Positions 18,436-27,018 of a stretch of 64,000 nt of DNA are shown piece by piece; position 1 is the stretch's first letter, and each line of letters starts with the position of its first letter. The notes beneath the pieces are model-generated. The model searched no databases, had not been told where the DNA came from, and saw only the letters and a program-made list of their open reading frames with translations. Origin of the DNA: Candidatus Sungiibacteriota bacterium. GTDB lineage: Bacteria > Patescibacteriota > Minisyncoccia > Sungbacterales > JACQCQ01. The position numbers and the translations under genes are program-made. Where the stretch lies: assembly GCA_016201505.1 (NCBI GenBank), contig JACQCQ010000012.1, forward strand, positions 10,187-74,186. The letters run 5' to 3'.

Positions 18436-19047
18436 ATGATTCTTTTAATTGGCCTAGGGAATCCCGGCAAGGCTTACGAAGGAACACGGCATAATGTGGG
18501 CCGCGAAATTGTTTTGGCCTTCGCTAAAAAGCATGAGGTCAACGCCTTCGCCCCGCATAAAAAAATAAAGGGACTTGTGACTGAATGCAAGATTCAAAAA
18601 GAAAATTACGCTTTGGTTCTGCCGGAAACGTTTATGAACAAATCCGGCCAAGCCGCTAAAGAGGCCAAGCTGGTTTTTAAAACGGAACCCGAAAAAATTT
18701 TTGTGGTGCATGATGATGCCGATATTGAGTTGGGGCGCACCAAACTCCTATTCGGCCGCGATTCGGCGGGACATAAAGGTGTTGAATCCGTGATGCGGGC
18801 GCTCGCCACCAAAGACTTTTGGCGCTTTCGCATCGGTATTGGCGGGGAAAGACCAAGACTGGAACTGGACCTTAGGCGAAGATCAGGTAAAAAAATAAAA
18901 CACGTCGCCGCCGAGTCCCTTGTCTTAAAAAAATTCTCGCCGGCCGAAGAAGCGCTGATGAAAAAAGTCCGCGCTAAAACCATCGGGGCGCTTGGCGATC
19001 TTGCCAATACCCCGCCCGAGCATGTAATGAATCACTATAACAAGTGA
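18436..19047 (+). CDS. pth: peptidyl-tRNA hydrolase
   Basis: MILLIGLGNPGKAYEGTRHNVG..., the Pth N-terminal signature. Confidence 0.9.
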   Translation: MILLIGLGNPGKAYEGTRHNVGREIVLAFAKKHEVNAFAPHKKIKGLVTECKIQKENYALVLPETFMNKSGQAAKEAKLVFKTEPEKIFVVHDDADIELGRTKLLFGRDSAGHKGVESVMRALATKDFWRFRIGIGGERPRLELDLRRRSGKKIKHVAAESLVLKKFSPAEEALMKKVRAKTIGALGDLANTPPEHVMNHYNK

Positions 19048-19243
19048 GGTTGTAAAAGATTTAATATATGAAACAGAATTCTAAATCCTTAGCATGTAAC
19101 CCTTTCGAAGCTTCGAGCGTAGGAGGGTCATGAACCACTATAATAAGTAAGAGCCACCTCCTGCCACCTGATCCGCGACTGTTGGTCAGTCTTCGATGAA
19201 ATAATGGGAAGAAAGCTTCTACTAAGTTAAATAAGTTAAAAAC

Positions 19244-19279
19244 ATACCCTATCCCACGCTATAGCGTGGGATAGGGTAT
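19244..19279. repeat. 16-bp perfect palindrome ataccctatcccacgc tata gcgtgggatagggtat (core cgctatagcg)
   Basis: Perfect inverted repeat in the pth-mfd spacer. On the minus strand it is followed by TTTTT, giving terminator geometry. A related palindrome, tctacgctatagcgtaga, occurs at 61323-61340. Confidence 0.5.
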
Positions 19280-19440
19280 GCCGTCTCGATTTGGTAAATC
19301 ACGCCCGCTTATCCCCGCCACCGATTAAGAGATCGCTGGCTTCTGATCTTTTGAGAAAGTGACGTGAGTAAAAAGACTCTCACTACTTGCCTAATCGGTT
19401 TGCCATGGGCTAATGTATTAAGGCGGCCGAATGATGGTCA

Positions 19441-21441
19441 ATGAACGAAATTAAGGAGTTACAAACAGTTCTGATCGCGGCAGTCACCCCCACTTTTTTA
19501 GAACGGGGGGGTTTGTGGTTCGCTGAAAACGAAGAAAAGATTCTACGTGCCGCCAAATCTCAAGCCTGGTGGGGCGATCACATTTTGGTCCTCGAAAAAG
19601 ATCGCGAGATGAAACTCTCTAGGCTCGCTCGCCGGCTCACCGATCTGGGATATCAAAAAACACATGCCATCGTCTCGCCGGGCGAATTCTCGCAACTCGG
19701 CGACACGCTCCGCATTGCCGCAATCAACTACGAAACCATTGTCCGCATCGAATTCTTGGGAAACAAGATTGAGCGCATTGAAAGAGAAGCGTTCCGCGTC
19801 GAACCGCAACCCTTAAAACCAAAAGACAAACGACATCAATTTCGCGAGGGCGACTACGTGGTTCATTTAGACCACGGCATCGGCATCTACAAAGGTGAAA
19901 TCCGAAATCCTAAATCCGAAGCACGAAATAAATCTGAAGCACAAAATTCAGAAAATCTAGAATTTGGGGATTTGAATTTAGAGCTTTACCACGTAGTGGA
20001 ATACGCGCCGCCGCGAAAAGGAGGCGCTCCCGATCGACTGCTGGTTCCACTTGATCAGGAGAAAAAATTATCACTGTATATCGGATTTGATCGCCCGACT
20101 ATTCACCGACTTGGCGGGACAGTGTGGTTTACCACAAAAAGAAAACTGCGCGAATCAGCCGAGAATTTCGCGCGTGAATTGCTCAAAATTTATGCCGCGC
20201 GCGAAGGGGTAACGCGTCCGCCGTTTTACGGCGACCCGACAATCGAACAAGCCTTTGCTGACGCCTTCCCCTTTGTCGAGACTCTCTCGCAGTCGCGCGC
20301 CATTGATGAAATTTTGCGTGATCTCGAAAAACCGACCCCCATGGACCGCGTCCTCGTCGGCGATGTCGGATTTGGCAAGACTGAAGTCGCGATGCGGGCG
20401 GCACTCCGTGTTGTGCTCTCCGGCAAACAGGTGGCACTTCTTGCCCCCACCACCATTCTCGCCGATCAGCACGAGCGCACGTTTAAAGAGCGATTCAAGG
20501 ATCTTCCTATCACTATCAACTCGCTCTCACGACTAACACCCAAAAACGAGGCAAAGCATATCGTTGAAAAAGTAAATCAGGGAGCCGTTGATATTTTTAT
20601 CGGTACGCATCGCATCTTATCAAAAGATATCGTCTTACTGAAACTCGGGATGCTGATCATCGATGAGGAACAGAAATTTGGTGTCTTACATAAAGAACAC
20701 TTTAAAAAGTTGCGCTCGGAAATTGATATTCTATCGATTTCGGCAACCCCGATTCCCCGGACGCTTTCGCTCACCATGGCGAATCTGCGATCCATCTCTG
20801 AAGTGAACGACCCGCCGCCCGAGCGTGTGGCCGTTAAAAATTTCGTCCTGCCCTACCGCGACTCGATTGTAAAAGAAGCCATCGAAGCAGAATTAAAACG
20901 AAAGGGCCAAGTCTATCTACTCCACAATCGAGTCGAGACGATTGGCTCGGCTGCGCGATTGCTGCAAGCATTAATTCCCCAGGTTTCGATCGGCGTGATC
21001 CACGGCCGTATGGATGAGCCTGCGCTGATTAAAACGCTGGCCGAATTCAGAAATAAGAAAATTGATATTTTGGTGGCCACAACCATCATCGAAAACGGAC
21101 TCGATTTTTCAAACGTAAATACATTGGTGGTGGAAAACGCCACGCGGCTCGGGCTTGCCCAAAGCTATCAAATCCGCGGCCGCATTGGGAGAAGCGACCG
21201 TGCGGCCTACGCCTACTTTTTGTACCCTGCCCAACATCTAACGCCGGAGGCGCGTGAGCGACTCGAAACACTTGAATCATTTGAAGCGCTCGGCTCGGGC
21301 TACCAAATCGCGCTCCGCGATCTCGAGATGCGCGGCGCCGGCGCAATCCTTGGTAAAGATCAATCCGGCGCCATTCAAAAAGGCGGACTTAATTTATACT
21401 GTCAGCTCTTGGCTGAAGCATTGGAGGTACTGAAATCATAA
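19441..21441 (+). CDS. mfd: Mfd-like transcription-repair coupling factor, short form (RNAP-interacting plus SF2 translocase modules only)
   Basis: DEAD/RecG-like helicase motifs (VGDVGFGKTEVAMRAA; LIIDEEQKFGV; SATPIPRTL), then the TRCF C-terminal domain. At 666 aa it lacks the UvrB-homology N-terminal domains, and it carries a low-complexity insert (KSEARNKSEAQNSENLEFGD). Confidence 0.75.
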   Translation: MNEIKELQTVLIAAVTPTFLERGGLWFAENEEKILRAAKSQAWWGDHILVLEKDREMKLSRLARRLTDLGYQKTHAIVSPGEFSQLGDTLRIAAINYETIVRIEFLGNKIERIEREAFRVEPQPLKPKDKRHQFREGDYVVHLDHGIGIYKGEIRNPKSEARNKSEAQNSENLEFGDLNLELYHVVEYAPPRKGGAPDRLLVPLDQEKKLSLYIGFDRPTIHRLGGTVWFTTKRKLRESAENFARELLKIYAAREGVTRPPFYGDPTIEQAFADAFPFVETLSQSRAIDEILRDLEKPTPMDRVLVGDVGFGKTEVAMRAALRVVLSGKQVALLAPTTILADQHERTFKERFKDLPITINSLSRLTPKNEAKHIVEKVNQGAVDIFIGTHRILSKDIVLLKLGMLIIDEEQKFGVLHKEHFKKLRSEIDILSISATPIPRTLSLTMANLRSISEVNDPPPERVAVKNFVLPYRDSIVKEAIEAELKRKGQVYLLHNRVETIGSAARLLQALIPQVSIGVIHGRMDEPALIKTLAEFRNKKIDILVATTIIENGLDFSNVNTLVVENATRLGLAQSYQIRGRIGRSDRAAYAYFLYPAQHLTPEARERLETLESFEALGSGYQIALRDLEMRGAGAILGKDQSGAIQKGGLNLYCQLLAEALEVLKS

Positions 21442-21508
21442 TTGACGCCCGCGGAATCATACGGTACTAATATCCCAGGCGGTTCACTAACAACAGAGGA
21501 GGATCATC

Positions 21509-22285
21509 ATGCTACATTCGCCGATCTTTATAGCCCAGGATAACATGGAACTCTCGGCCTCTGTGGATCTCGTTTCCAAGCTCAAAGGTCATCATGCGGC
21601 CGGTTTCAAGGTCAACGACTTCTGGGACAACTACGGCCGCGCAGGCCTGGAAAAGCTTCGTGAAGCAGGAGCATACGAGCTTTGGGTCGATGTCAAAGTA
21701 AAAGATACCCCGAACACCGTCGCAAACCGCATCGCGAGCATTTCGCAAGCTGGCGTCAGCTACATCACCGTCATGGCGGATGGTGAAGTTGACATGATGA
21801 TGGGGGCCGTCAAAGCAAGAACTGACTTTCTGAAGAAAGAAGCTATATCGCTCGACATCGACGGGGATGGCATACCAGCCATAGGCCCGGGCATCATTGC
21901 TGTGACAGTCCTCACCTCACTCACCGAAGAGCAGACTCACCTGACATACGGGCAGCCGGTGAAAGCCGCGGCTCTCTATCTCGCGCGGCTCGCAAAACTG
22001 TCAGGCATCGATATCATTGTCTGCTCCCCCCAGGAAGTCAGCTTGCTTTCGAAGCGTCCCGAACTGTCTGGCATGAGTTTCTTCACCCCTGGCATTCGTC
22101 CAACTTGGAAAAAACCAACCGACCAGAAGCGAATCGATACGCCGCGCGCCGCTATATTGGCGGGAGTCACAAGCATCGTTGTCGGCCGAGCTATCACCGA
22201 GGCCCAAGATCCGGTAGCGGCATTCGATGTCATCTACAAAGAGGTGGGACTTGCGCTTCGCGAGCGGCAAAGAGGTAGGTCATGA
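21509..22285 (+). CDS. pyrF: orotidine 5'-phosphate decarboxylase
   Basis: VDVKVKDTPNTV and VGRAI motifs, with the catalytic K/D pattern of OMPdecase. Confidence 0.85.
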   Translation: MLHSPIFIAQDNMELSASVDLVSKLKGHHAAGFKVNDFWDNYGRAGLEKLREAGAYELWVDVKVKDTPNTVANRIASISQAGVSYITVMADGEVDMMMGAVKARTDFLKKEAISLDIDGDGIPAIGPGIIAVTVLTSLTEEQTHLTYGQPVKAAALYLARLAKLSGIDIIVCSPQEVSLLSKRPELSGMSFFTPGIRPTWKKPTDQKRIDTPRAAILAGVTSIVVGRAITEAQDPVAAFDVIYKEVGLALRERQRGRS

Positions 22286-22917
22286 GCCAAATGACTGAAT
22301 CAGAGGTGCTCAAGCTCTACAAGTCGAAAGATGCGGTCTAGTTCTTCAACTACGATGGAGACCAAGCGGCGCCTCACGCGCTTCTCACATCGGGGAAGCA
22401 TTCCGACGGATACATCAACTCGACTCCGGTGCTACAGGACCCGCAGTCGGTCTTAATGCTGGCGGATGCACTTTCGTACAAAGTGAAAGCAGTCGTCGCG
22501 TATGCCGACTGGATCGTTGGCTCGCCGATGGCGGCGATCACGCTCTCCTTCAAGCTCGCCGAGATCATGGAAACATCTCACGGTTTCGCCGAAAAAGACG
22601 GCGAGCGGATGAAGTTCAAGCGCTTCGTCATCCCGCGGCACTCGACAGTTCTGCGTTGTGAAGAGCTCATCACCACCTCGAAGACAACCGAACAGGTGGC
22701 GGAGGCGATCGAGCGCGACAACCCCCATCGCGTGACGATTCTCGGCCAGGTGGCAACGGCCATCTGGAGACCGGAAATGAATGACAAAAGACGCTGGGAG
22801 CCGATTTACCTGGCCAGATGGATCGTCCGAAACTGGGATGCCGCAGACTGCGCGCTCTGCAAACAGGGGTCATCGGCTTTGAAGCCGAAGGAGCATTGGA
22901 GAGAGTTCGCACGATGA
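22282..22917 (+). pseudogene. pyrE: orotate phosphoribosyltransferase-like gene interrupted by an in-frame TAG at 22339-22341
   Basis: ATG at 22282 (ATGA overlap with the pyrF stop) encodes MSQMTESEVLKLYKSKDAV, then TAG. The same frame continues as FFNYDGDQAAPHALLTSGKHSDGYINSTPVLQD...ML ADALSYKV..., which aligns with the OPRTase N-terminus on both sides of the stop. Confidence 0.55.
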
Positions 22918-22986
22918 CCGGCATAGCCCGCGGAGTTTTAAGAAAACTCCGCGGGCTGTATTTTTTTCATGCTAGAGTAAACCTTA

Positions 22987-24009
22987 ATGGACAAATCGAT
23001 CACGTATCTTCACGCCTTGCATCTCGCCGGAAAAGGAGAACCGAAAACGCTTTTAAAAAATTTGGGGCAGTATGATTCGCCCGAAGCCGCCTGGGAACAT
23101 TTAAAAGTTGCGACAATTAATCCAGACGATGAATTTAAAAAATTGGAACGGCTCGACATTTGGGCGATATCCAAAGACTCGCTGCACTATCCCCCGCTAC
23201 TTAGAGAAACCCATGACGCACCGGTAATTTTATACGGCCGCGGCGTGATAGATCCCGATCAATTTTTCCTGGCCATGGTGGGAACGAGAAAACCGACCGA
23301 ATACGGCAAAACCGTGGCCAAAAATTTTGCCGCGGATTTTGCGCAAGCCGGTATTAGCATCGTCTCCGGCGGGGCTTACGGCATCGATAAGGAGTCGCAC
23401 GCTGGAGCCTTACGATCCGGCGGCAAAACGATCATGGTCATCGGCTCGGGACTGGACAGGGCATCGTTTTATCCCGGCGCCCATTGGAACTTAGCCGAGG
23501 AGATTGTACAAAACGGCGGCGCCGTTATTTCCGAGTACCCGCCTGGCACAAAAGTTTTGCAGCATCACTTTCCCGAACGAAACCGCATCATCGCCGGCAT
23601 GTCACGCGGTCTCATCGTGGTCGAAGCCCAGATGAAAAGCGGGGCTTCGATTACCGCGCGGCTCGCAGTATCGGAAAATCGCGACGTGTTTGTCGTCCCA
23701 GGGTCAATTTACTCACCAACTTCAGACCTTCCCAACTCGCTATTAAAGGAGGGTGCTGCGCCTCTCCTAGCGCCTAGCGACTTGCTTGAGGCTTATGGCT
23801 TTAAGTTGCTGGCCGAAGCCAAAGGCGAGACGTTCGGCGAGTTTGAGACTGTTATAATAGAAGCGCTGCGAAATCCCTGTACGCTGGATGATCTTTCCAG
23901 AGAAGTTAAGGGCGGAATTCATGCGCTCCAGTCTTCATTAACGGCACTCGAACTGGCCGGGAAAATTATGGAAATCGAGCCTGGAAGGTACCAAGTAATA
24001 GGATCATAA
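22987..24009 (+). CDS. dprA: DNA processing protein DprA (Smf)
   Basis: Rossmann-like DprA core: MVGTRKPTEYG...GISIVSGGAYGIDKESHAGAL...GSGLD...ERNRIIAG. Confidence 0.85.
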   Translation: MDKSITYLHALHLAGKGEPKTLLKNLGQYDSPEAAWEHLKVATINPDDEFKKLERLDIWAISKDSLHYPPLLRETHDAPVILYGRGVIDPDQFFLAMVGTRKPTEYGKTVAKNFAADFAQAGISIVSGGAYGIDKESHAGALRSGGKTIMVIGSGLDRASFYPGAHWNLAEEIVQNGGAVISEYPPGTKVLQHHFPERNRIIAGMSRGLIVVEAQMKSGASITARLAVSENRDVFVVPGSIYSPTSDLPNSLLKEGAAPLLAPSDLLEAYGFKLLAEAKGETFGEFETVIIEALRNPCTLDDLSREVKGGIHALQSSLTALELAGKIMEIEPGRYQVIGS

Positions 24010-24013
24010 TTTG

Positions 24014-24177
24014 ATCCCGTTAGAGGCAGACCTGCCTGCCGGTCGCATGTCGCCAAAGGCTATGGCCGACGGAGCGCAGGCAGGATCGCGATCGAGCATG
24101 AATTCATATATGATTCGTACTTATAAATATCTTCACATCTTTTCGCACAATTTCGCGATCGCGGCCTCTAACGGGAT
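24014..24177. repeat. TIR-bounded element, copy 2 (164 bp)
   Basis: Bounded by atcccgttagagg ... cctctaacgggat. The 5' 80 nt form a GC-rich hairpin module, and the 3' half is AT-rich. Confidence 0.55.
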
Positions 24178-24211
24178 TGACAATGTATTGTATCCTGTGA
24201 TTAGTAGTATT

Positions 24212-24382
24212 GTCCCGTTAGAAGCAGACCCGCCTGCCGGTCGCACGTCGCCAAAGGCTATGGCCGACGGAGCGCAGGCAGGATCGCGATCATTCGCGTT
24301 TTCTTTGAAATTAATCTATTCATTTTTAAAAACCTCGTAACATTGAAAATCTCGTACTTGCGATCGCGGCTTCTAACGGGAT
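24212..24382. repeat. TIR-bounded element, copy 3 (171 bp), ending 5 nt before the topA ATG
   Basis: Bounded by gtcccgttagaag ... cttctaacgggat. Its first 80 nt are about 95% identical to copy 2, and its 3' half differs. Confidence 0.55.
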
Positions 24383-24387
24383 GAATT

Positions 24388-26490
24388 ATGAACGAAACGA
24401 CGACCGAATCGAAGAAAAAATCAAAAGGCAAACAACTGGTCATTGTTGAAAGCCCAACCAAGGCCCGCACGATCGCTGGATTTCTCGGGCGCGATTTTGT
24501 GATTGAATCCAGCTACGGACACGTGCGGGACTTGCCCAAATCCAAAATCGGCATTGACTTCGAAAACAACTTTGAGCCGCACTATATCGTGCCGCTGAAG
24601 GCCAAACCAAATGTAAAAAAATTAAAGGAGATTGCCAAACGGGCCAAAAAAATAATCTTAGCCACTGACGAGGACCGCGAGGGCGAGGCCATCGCCTGGC
24701 ATTTAATTTCAGCACTCGGTCTTGAAAATAAACCAGGCGATCAGATTGAGCGCATTGTATTTCATGAAATTACCGAGTCGGCCATTAAGGACGCTCTCGC
24801 CAACCCTCGGGCTCTTGATCTAAAACGCGTCAACGCCCAACAAGCCCGGCGCATCTTGGACCGCATCGTGGGTTATAAGCTTTCGCCATTTTTATGGAAG
24901 AAAGTTGCGCGAGGGTTATCTGCCGGCCGTGTGCAGTCAGTCACTGTGCGGCTCGTGGTCGAGCGCGAACGTGAGATTGAAAAATTCAAGCCCGAAGAGT
25001 ATTGGACGATCGAAGCCGATGTGGAAACGAAGAAAAAAGCAAGGTTCCGCGTATTCCTTTCTAAAAATGAAGGGAGGTCTGTCGGCAAGTTTGATATTAA
25101 AAATGAAACTGGCGCCAAAAAATTAGTCGAGGCCGTAAGAGATAAAACCTGGATTGTCGAATCGGTTGAAAAAAAAGCGTCTGCAAAATCCCCGCTTCCG
25201 CCATTTACGACTTCAACGCTCCAGCAAGAGGCCTCGAGCCGCCTCGGGTTTTCAGCCAAGCAAACGATGGTTTTGGCGCAACAGCTCTATGAAGGTATCC
25301 GTATTGACCTGGGCCAAGTCGGGTTGATTACGTATATGCGCACCGACTCGGTGAATCTTGCGGCCTCTTCGGTCGCAGCAGCCGCCAAAACCATCGGCGA
25401 TTTGTTTGGCGCTGCATACGTATTGTCAAAACCGCGATTTTTCAAAACGAAATCAAAGGGCGCCCAAGAAGCGCATGAAGCCATTCGGCCGGCAAACTCC
25501 GCGGTCACGCCTGACTCAATCAAACAGTATTTGGATCGGCGCCAATTAAAACTCTATGATTTGATTTGGCGCCGGTTCATGGCCACTCAAATGCCCCAGG
25601 CGATTTTTGATGCCACGACCATTGATGTAGCCGCCGGTGAGGCCCTCTTTCGGGCGAACGGCCAGATTTTAAAATTCGACGGATTCTTAAAAGTCTATCA
25701 AGCCAAAACCGAAGATGTCTTACTGCCTGACGTTCTCCCCAAAGAGGAAGTCAAACCAATTTCGATCGATCCGCTCCAGCATTTTACCGAGCCGCCGCCG
25801 CGATATACCGATGCCTCACTGATTAAGACGCTCGAAAAAGCTGGCGTGGGCCGACCTTCCACTTATGCGCCGACTCTCACGACGATTCAAAACCGCGGCT
25901 ATGTCGAAAAAGATGAGCGCAAGAGATATAAGCCGACCGATATGGGCATGATGGTAAATGATCTCTTGGTTCGACACTTCCCCGAAGTCGTCGACATGGA
26001 GTTTACCGCGCGTATGGAAGGGGAATTAGATGAAGTGGCCGAAGGCACCAAAGAATGGCAGCAGCCGATTCGCGAATTTTACGAACCGTTTGCCAAGCAC
26101 TTAGAGACGAAGTACGACGAAGTCGAAAAGCAAACCACCGATGAAGCCACATCTGAAATCTGCGAGAAGTGCGCGAAGCCTATGGTGATTAAATTCGGCC
26201 GCTTTGGCCGCTTCATGGCCTGCTCTGGTTTCCCCGAGTGCAAAAATACCAAGAACATCCAAAAAGAAGTCATTTCAACTGGCGTCCAATGTCCCAAGTG
26301 CAACCAGGCCGAACTAGTCCAGCGATTTACCAGGAAAAAGCGGCTCTTTTTTGGTTGCGCACGATACCCCGACTGCGACTTTGCCACTTGGACCAATCCG
26401 AGAGTAAAAGCGCCGGTCTATGATCCCGCGGCCGAAGCCGAATTTAAAGCCGCCGAAGAAAAAAAACGAAGCGCCACGGCAAAGCCGTGA
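24388..26490 (+). CDS. topA: DNA topoisomerase I
   Basis: TOPRIM start (LVIVESPTKARTIAGFLG), catalytic Tyr region, and C-terminal zinc ribbons (CEKCAKPM..., CPKCNQ...). Confidence 0.95.
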   Translation: MNETTTESKKKSKGKQLVIVESPTKARTIAGFLGRDFVIESSYGHVRDLPKSKIGIDFENNFEPHYIVPLKAKPNVKKLKEIAKRAKKIILATDEDREGEAIAWHLISALGLENKPGDQIERIVFHEITESAIKDALANPRALDLKRVNAQQARRILDRIVGYKLSPFLWKKVARGLSAGRVQSVTVRLVVEREREIEKFKPEEYWTIEADVETKKKARFRVFLSKNEGRSVGKFDIKNETGAKKLVEAVRDKTWIVESVEKKASAKSPLPPFTTSTLQQEASSRLGFSAKQTMVLAQQLYEGIRIDLGQVGLITYMRTDSVNLAASSVAAAAKTIGDLFGAAYVLSKPRFFKTKSKGAQEAHEAIRPANSAVTPDSIKQYLDRRQLKLYDLIWRRFMATQMPQAIFDATTIDVAAGEALFRANGQILKFDGFLKVYQAKTEDVLLPDVLPKEEVKPISIDPLQHFTEPPPRYTDASLIKTLEKAGVGRPSTYAPTLTTIQNRGYVEKDERKRYKPTDMGMMVNDLLVRHFPEVVDMEFTARMEGELDEVAEGTKEWQQPIREFYEPFAKHLETKYDEVEKQTTDEATSEICEKCAKPMVIKFGRFGRFMACSGFPECKNTKNIQKEVISTGVQCPKCNQAELVQRFTRKKRLFFGCARYPDCDFATWTNPRVKAPVYDPAAEAEFKAAEEKKRSATAKP

Positions 26491-26729
26491 ACATCTCGCA
26501 TTTTTCTGATAGGCAAACTCTTGCGAGATGCCACGAAGTCCGCCAAAGCATCCCTGTGAAGAAGTTGGGATTGAGATTTCTAACCTTTTCAATAGAGCGG
26601 AGAAGCTATCAATGAGTCTCTGCGTCGGCGGAAAAACAAAAACAGTCGCCTGACGCGCTCTTTTTATTACGTGACAAACGTTTCAATCTCTGGTAAAAAT
26701 CCCTTGGATCTTTAAGGCAAGGAGACTTG

Positions 26730-26966
26730 ATGACTCGCGAACAACATCGCGCAGAATTCGAGAAACGACACGGCGCAGGGTCTGTTGAACGATTCATCGC
26801 TCGCGGACGAGAAGTTGCTTTTGAGGCTCTCGCAAAAGAATTCAATTTCCCATCGCGCGGTCTCGCAGCCTATTACTGGTATAAGTTTTCTCGAACACTG
26901 CGATTTCCCATCGTTCGAAAACCGGCGAGAAAAATGGGACCAAAACGCCGCTACCTTGGCAGGTAG
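26730..26966 (+). CDS. hypothetical small protein (78 aa)
   Basis: ATG preceded by a strong SD (aaggagacttg). I could not assign a family. Confidence 0.4.
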   Translation: MTREQHRAEFEKRHGAGSVERFIARGREVAFEALAKEFNFPSRGLAAYYWYKFSRTLRFPIVRKPARKMGPKRRYLGR

Positions 26967-27018
26967 CCGGCGTTTTTAATCACTTGCGGTCAATTACTGG
27001 ATGTATTATGACTAGCGC

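Noticed and set aside
24014-24382. Direct repeats of about 80 bp, considered as CRISPR or integron attC sites.
   Set aside because: Only two units, far longer than CRISPR repeats, each bounded by terminal inverted repeats. The GTTAGA/TCTAAC cores are in the wrong relative orientation for attC R''/R'. No cas or intI genes are nearby.
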